DNA of 44,585 bases, taken from contig JAUCBJ010001959.1 in the NCBI GenBank assembly GCA_032718475.1, forward strand, positions 1-44,585. The letters run 5' to 3'. The notes below the pieces were generated by a model. The model was given only the letters and a program-made list of their open reading frames with translations, was not told the DNA's origin and made no database searches. Every line of letters starts with the position of its first letter. The first letter of the stretch is position 1. This DNA is from Nemertoderma westbladi (lineage: Eukaryota; Animalia; Xenacoelomorpha). Both the position numbers and the translations under genes were made by a program. Positions 39,371-44,585 of this stretch are shown piece by piece.

Positions 39371-40693
39371 TGATAAACAACCGCGACCTCTATACTAACA
39401 GCAGAACTGTTGAACAGACAAATACCCGTTAATATCCTTCTGTCAACCTAATGAGCTCTCGCCTAACCAATAAGACACAAAAAATGCTCTACTGTTAAGT
39501 AAAGGGGATCAGGAGCGTGCTATTACTAAATTGTAAGGGTTGCTAAATACAAAACTGCTACTTACCGTTGGATGGCGCTAATCTGCCGTCCGCTAATATA
39601 TTTTACTAAATTGACACAACTCCTGCAAAATCGCTTGTTCCTTTCTCTACCGATTGCTCGATAGAGAGCTAACTGTTCGAATCTATGAGCCACGCGGGAA
39701 TAACCAAAACAATAAACCCGAGTCGGCTCCGTAAGCTTACTTAAGACGAGTGCGAGAGGCTTTGCACTCAGAGTATTCTTACGCCTAAATTTATCACTAT
39801 TAAAGCACGCTATTGTCTACGTCTTTTCTAATCGCGAATACTGGGGGTTCTCTAACGTAATGTGTGAATGCGAGAATATTTAAAATAATCAAATGATACA
39901 GTATTTGTTTCTAAGTAAATAGTACCGCTTTGGGTCTAAACTTGCCTGCCGCTGGCTTTAGGCCAGCAAAATTACTAGCGTATTGTGTGTGCCGAATAGT
40001 GCGATCTAGCTGATTGCCCGCTAATGCAAATAACCGCTCAGCGTGAATAGTTTACAGTACTCTAATTATTACCTTAGCTACTCTCCGCTATGCTGCGTAC
40101 TAAGTCTTAATTTTACTAATCAATTACAGTCACAAATATGTAACAGCGTACTAATTACTAAGAGTTCCAGAATGCGTAATTCTAATTTATTACGCAACAG
40201 GTTTCGCTACTAATAGCCTAAATTGCCGTATTACTTTGACCTAATCAGTAACTAATTGTTGTAACTAAGAAATAGAAATCAATCAAAGAGAAAAGAGCGC
40301 CTACCTAAACATTCACAATCATAGGCACACTTCAGTAACACACCAATCAGCGTCAACAATCACAGTTCGCAATTATGCAGTTAACTACTGTATAACCCAC
40401 AATTATGCGACTCACTATTCTTACTCCACACTCAACGTTGTAATACGCGCAGGCCTCACCCGGATACATCTAGGATTCCTAACTAACCCAATTCCTGCCC
40501 CCCTAATACTAAATAGAGACGAAACCTGGATCATCAGCCCCCTAGTTACTGTATCGGCGAATGGTCTGCGTGTTACAGTGCAAATGCCCGCCCGCAACAG
40601 TGACCCCCCGCCAGCGTTGCCCGTCTTTGAATCCTCCGCTCTCCCTTAGTCGCTCAACCCCCCGATGTGCCCACCGCCTACTGGCACCTTAGC
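39371..40693 (-). repeat. 5' LTR, truncated at its outer (U3) end
   Basis: 1323 bp matching 23376-24697 with ~8 differences; does not end in CA on +; no intact TSD. Confidence 0.9.
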
Positions 40694-40700
40694 TTGCTTG

Positions 40701-41367
40701 CTTACAAAATGCCACATAAAAAATGGGCTGCAAGAAGTGCATCTGCGAAATCCTCAGTGAAGACTGAAAAACTACGTATACAGCAGGCCTTTAGAAGCAG
40801 GCTTGGCCTCAATGTAAACCAACCCAAACCTGGTGGATCTGGAACGACCAACGATGGTAATACAGCAAGGCGTGTATTTCAAAATGCCGAAACATCTTCT
40901 GAGATTCTTGGAATTGACAAGACATTCATCAAATGCCTTCATACCATCTTAATAACACTATCTTGTGGTTTCGATGTTGATATTGATGCATTCCGCACCT
41001 ATTCCCAGAAAACAGCAGAGCTATATGTTACTTTGTTTCCTTGGTACTTACTACATGCCACAGTCTATGCACAAGGTGTTGCTTCATGGATGGAAACCTT
41101 GCTATTAAAGCATTATCTTTTCCAATTGGTATGTACAGTGAGGAAGCCCAAGAGGCTAAAAAGAAAGATTTTAAGAGATTTCGAGAAAATTTCTCTAGAA
41201 AATCATCACGTATAGACAGAAACCGTGACTTAATAAATCGTCTACTTTTTTCATCAGAGCCAGTAATAGCATCATATCGCCATATTCACACGAATATGAA
41301 ACCAAAAAGGCAATCAAGGGACGCTTTGGGTCTACTCAAGCCATTCGACAAAGATAGCATTTTGTAA
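40701..41367 (+). pseudogene. Transib transposase, 3' part
   Basis: AYKM..KKW, KPGGSGTTNDGNTARRVF, PWY, frameshifted H-K-V-L-L-H-G region, IGMYSEEAQEA (catalytic E), SRKSSR, NRDLINRLL. Confidence 0.9.
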
Positions 41368-41387
41368 TAAGCTGTTGGCAAATGTAG

Positions 41388-43237
41388 TATGCCACTTGGC
41401 TTGGGATCCAATAAGACTCAAACATTCTGGTTTTGGGCTTCCAGCATTTGGTCAAACAAAAAGCCAGTGGCACATATAGTGTGCCACTTGGCTTGGGATC
41501 CAATAAGACTCCAACATTCTGAATTTTCACTTCCAGCATTAGGTCAATCAAAAAGTAAAACTCTGTCTCCCTGCAACACGTTGACGTCGTGGCAGAGCTT
41601 AGAACTGAACATTTACTTTAGATTACTAAGGTTGCAGGAAATTGTGCCACTTATGGAACATCTCAAAATTAATAATAATTATAAATAAATAATATATAAA
41701 AACAAATAATAATAATAACAATAACAAATAATAACAGCTTTGAAAACCTATAAATACCGAAAATAGCACATTTCTATGAAGCTTTACAGATTTTGATATT
41801 TTGTGCCATGCTAAACACATGTGCCACATGCTCTAAAAAGTGGCACCTATGTTCCACTAGAGAATTTGAAAACATTTGTAATCGAATCAGCACCGTTGGA
41901 AACCTATAAATACCGAAAATGGAACATTTCTATGAAGCTTTAGAGATTTTGACATTTAGTGCCATCTAAACACATGTGCCACATGCTAAAAAGTGGCACA
42001 TATGTTGGGGCACTAGAGAATTCGAAACCGTTTGTAATCGAATCAGCACCTTTGAAAACCTATAAATACCGAAAATTGAACATTTCTATGAAGCTTTAGA
42101 GATTTTAATATTTTGTACCATGCTAAGTACATGTGCCACATGCTAAAAAGTGGCACCTATGTGCCACTAGAGAATTTGAAAACATTTGTAATCGAATCAG
42201 CACCATTGGAAACCTATAAATACCGAAAATGGAACATTTCTATGACGCTTTAGAGTTTTTGATTTTTTGTGCCATGCTACTACTACTACTACTAGGATCG
42301 GCATGCTGCATTGCAGCTGCATTTTTAAGAATGCTGTGCCGGCTTATCGACAAAATTGCACCGCCACAACTCCCTATCACCCATGACAGTTGCTAGATCA
42401 TCCGCATCTTCAAGGCCAGTGTCCTTTAATATGCGTCTCAAGAAAGTCATGGGCTGTCCACCATGCTTATTCACTCCATGAGGCTGCCAAAGTACAAGAT
42501 TATGCACTGGCTGGTCCTCACGGCGAAAGCAATGTCCTGCAAAGCGGAGGCGATTTTGTTCTACTGTCAAGCTCGGGGGAACCAATGAGACACCTCCAAT
42601 GTTATATAGTGTCTGGTTGGAGATGTGTGCATTGTACTTGACACAATGAACCCGGCGTAGCATTCTTGTGAATGTGCCATCCAGAGATTTGGTGTCCTCA
42701 GCAGTTAGAGCCCAGCATGGACTCCCATAGAGGAGTACTGGAACTACTGCTGCTCTAAATAATCGGACCTTAAGTTTCCGATTAATTCTCGTTGACTTCC
42801 AAATCCTGGAAAGCCTATTCAAGGCTGCCCAAGCCTTTCCCTTACGTATTCGAAGGTCCTCACCTGACTTCCGGATCCATGATCCCAGGTAACAGAAGTC
42901 GTCCACATCATCAGCATGCTAAACACATGTGCCATGTGCCACAAGCTAAAAAGTGGCACTTCTACGCTACGAGTGAATTTGAAACCATTTATTAGTGCTT
43001 CAGCACCCTGTTAAACCTTGTGGAACCGAAATCTGCGCCATTCTGCCTGTGTCTATTGTGTTTGCTAAATACGCGAATTTTGGCACGTGCCAGAAATGGC
43101 ACAAAGCCACCCTTTGAGAATTTGAGACCCACCTCAGAAGATTCGCCGCTATCGAAAACCCGTATAGGTGAAAAATAGTGCCCAAACTATGAATATTTTT
43201 TTTCGAAATAAGGAATTTTGGCCGCAAAACAGTGCCC

Positions 43238-43243
<6 letters not shown>
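41388..43243 (+). repeat. Transib right arm: two ~55-60 bp units, ~145-155 bp subterminal tandem repeats, terminal CCCACTGTG
   Basis: GCCACTTGGCTTGGGATCCAATAAGACTC x2; AAACCTATAAATACCGAAAAT x4 (41740-42280); end reads CACAGTGGG on -, the RSS-heptamer-like Transib terminus. Confidence 0.75.
42280..42914 (-). mobile_element. 5'-truncated RTE-type LINE with TSD, inserted in the Transib arm
   Basis: 193 aa RT C-terminus (DDFCYLGS, PVLLYGS.CWAL, RLRFAGH); (TAG)n tail; 7 bp TSD CATGCTA at 42273-42279 and 42915-42921. Confidence 0.92.
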
Positions 43244-43268
<25 letters not shown>

Positions 43269-44008
43269 GCCAAACTTCCAAGTAAATGCATTTCAGAAAT
43301 TAGTTTATCATACAGCCTTCTCCACAATAATTATAAAGTGGGGTTAGCACTTTGGGAAATCTGGTGTCTAGAAATATTCAAAACTAACACACTATCTAAT
43401 ATGATGGAGAGACGCCCCCTATCTGGTTGCTGCGACATTGATGTGTAAAATAGTTAGTACAATAATGTATTTGCCGGCACCTCAAAGTTTAAGAAAAGTT
43501 AGGACTATACTGAGGAAAATTGGCGTTAGCAGTTTACGTAATCTGTGGGAATGGGGTGTGAGAAATAAGGACGTCCACTTCTTGGATCCGTCCAAAAATT
43601 TAATTCCCCACCAATTGTATTCCAATTTTTATGAATCTAGACAGAAGTTTGAAATTTTTATCAGAATTCTAATTTTAAACCTACATATTCTCCACTATAA
43701 ACGAACAATTTAAATTTGTAGGCTACAGCCTCTGATGTTTGGCACTTTGGCATTATGATCTACCACGTACTGGGGTTGGGGGCTGGGGGTGCTTGTTTTT
43801 TCTCTTCCCTTCATGGATGCACTTAATGACTACCTGCTACATTTTCTTTGCGTTTCTATTTATCAATAATAAGTTGGTTTGTTTTTCAAATCATATTATT
43901 TATCAGTTTTATATCATCAGTCAATTTTACAGTGACTAAAATAAAAAGTCTATCTTTCAACATATTCATAAATATTTTTCAACCTTTGTACTCATATATT
44001 TTTTTTAG

Positions 44009-44585
44009 ATAATTGCAACCTCGAAACCTACTACTGGCCACTGAATATCCAGTATGGAGCTACTGATAAACATGATAGTTTAAGTGGCACCATAAGAAAG
44101 AGTGTTTCATTTGGTGTTGGACCAGCAGGAGTTAATGACCAGGCCGTGTATTTCCGTGAAGGATATGTTTCTATTCAACATGGTATTGAACTGCTCTCAG
44201 AAACATTTACAATAACAGCATTCATAAAGCCGATATTTGATGGAACAGGTGCCATCATTGAATTTGGAGATCCTAGTACAAGAGGTTCACATTTTCTTTT
44301 ACACCCAAGTATATCCACTCTTTGGTACAACAGCATGAATGGAGTATCAGAGGTTAGATTGGATAATGCCATAGAAATTAACGCTTGGCATATTGTGGCC
44401 TTTGGAATCAATGCTGTGGAGAAGAAAGTTACATTATACAGTCGAAAAGTCGGGAATTCAGATCCTCTGAGATTGGAGTTAGGAACTCCTTCAACGGCTT
44501 TGATTTCTGGAGAATCCAACACTCTAACAATAGGAAGAGAACCAAATGGGAATAACGCATTTAAAGGATACATAGCCCATATCCG
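44009..44585 (+). CDS. Host gene exon 8: LamG/concanavalin A-like domain 2 (runs off window)
   Basis: Poly-T AG acceptor, phase 1; DNCNLETYYWPLNIQYGATDK...FKGYIAHI; open frame, highly similar to exon 7. Confidence 0.85.

Larger units (their letters stand above)
23376..40693 (-). mobile_element. BEL/Pao LTR retrotransposon with extra ORF, inserted in the Transib transposase
   Basis: Direct LTRs; gag-PR-RT-RH-IN order; host codons rejoin across it (CAC ATT G|CT TAC AAA = HIAYK). Confidence 0.93.

Noticed and set aside
44175-44573. Minus-strand 132 aa ORF (and 21432-21674)
   Set aside because: Antisense shadows of the LamG exons

Overview
AT-rich animal (invertebrate-type) genomic DNA, not prokaryotic. 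One spliced host gene on + (signal peptide, PAN/apple, TSP1-like, 2x EGF-Ca, 2x LamG/ConA-like; 8 exons from 10034, running off the window end) has introns filled with mobile DNA. Intron 1 holds a 4.6 kb composite: two ~99.8% identical 1275 bp DINE-1/Helentron(HINE)-like repeats, each with 7 CTCF-like motifs, bracket a zinc-knuckle ORF. The ~22 kb intron 7 holds a decayed Transib transposon. Inserted in it are a 17.3 kb BEL/Pao LTR retrotransposon (- strand) and an RTE LINE fragment. In the env position the BEL element carries a ~1170-codon extra reading frame with a DEDDy (WRN/Mut-7/EXD-like) 3'-5' exonuclease and a triple Zn-knuckle + WExxADxH module. The same module occurs in the repeat-flanked ORF of intron 1, so two unrelated element classes share one accessory gene family. 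Upstream are a small HINE-like element, a foldback palindrome, an LTR-less Gypsy gag, and satellites. All calls come from manual motif reading; no database searches were run.
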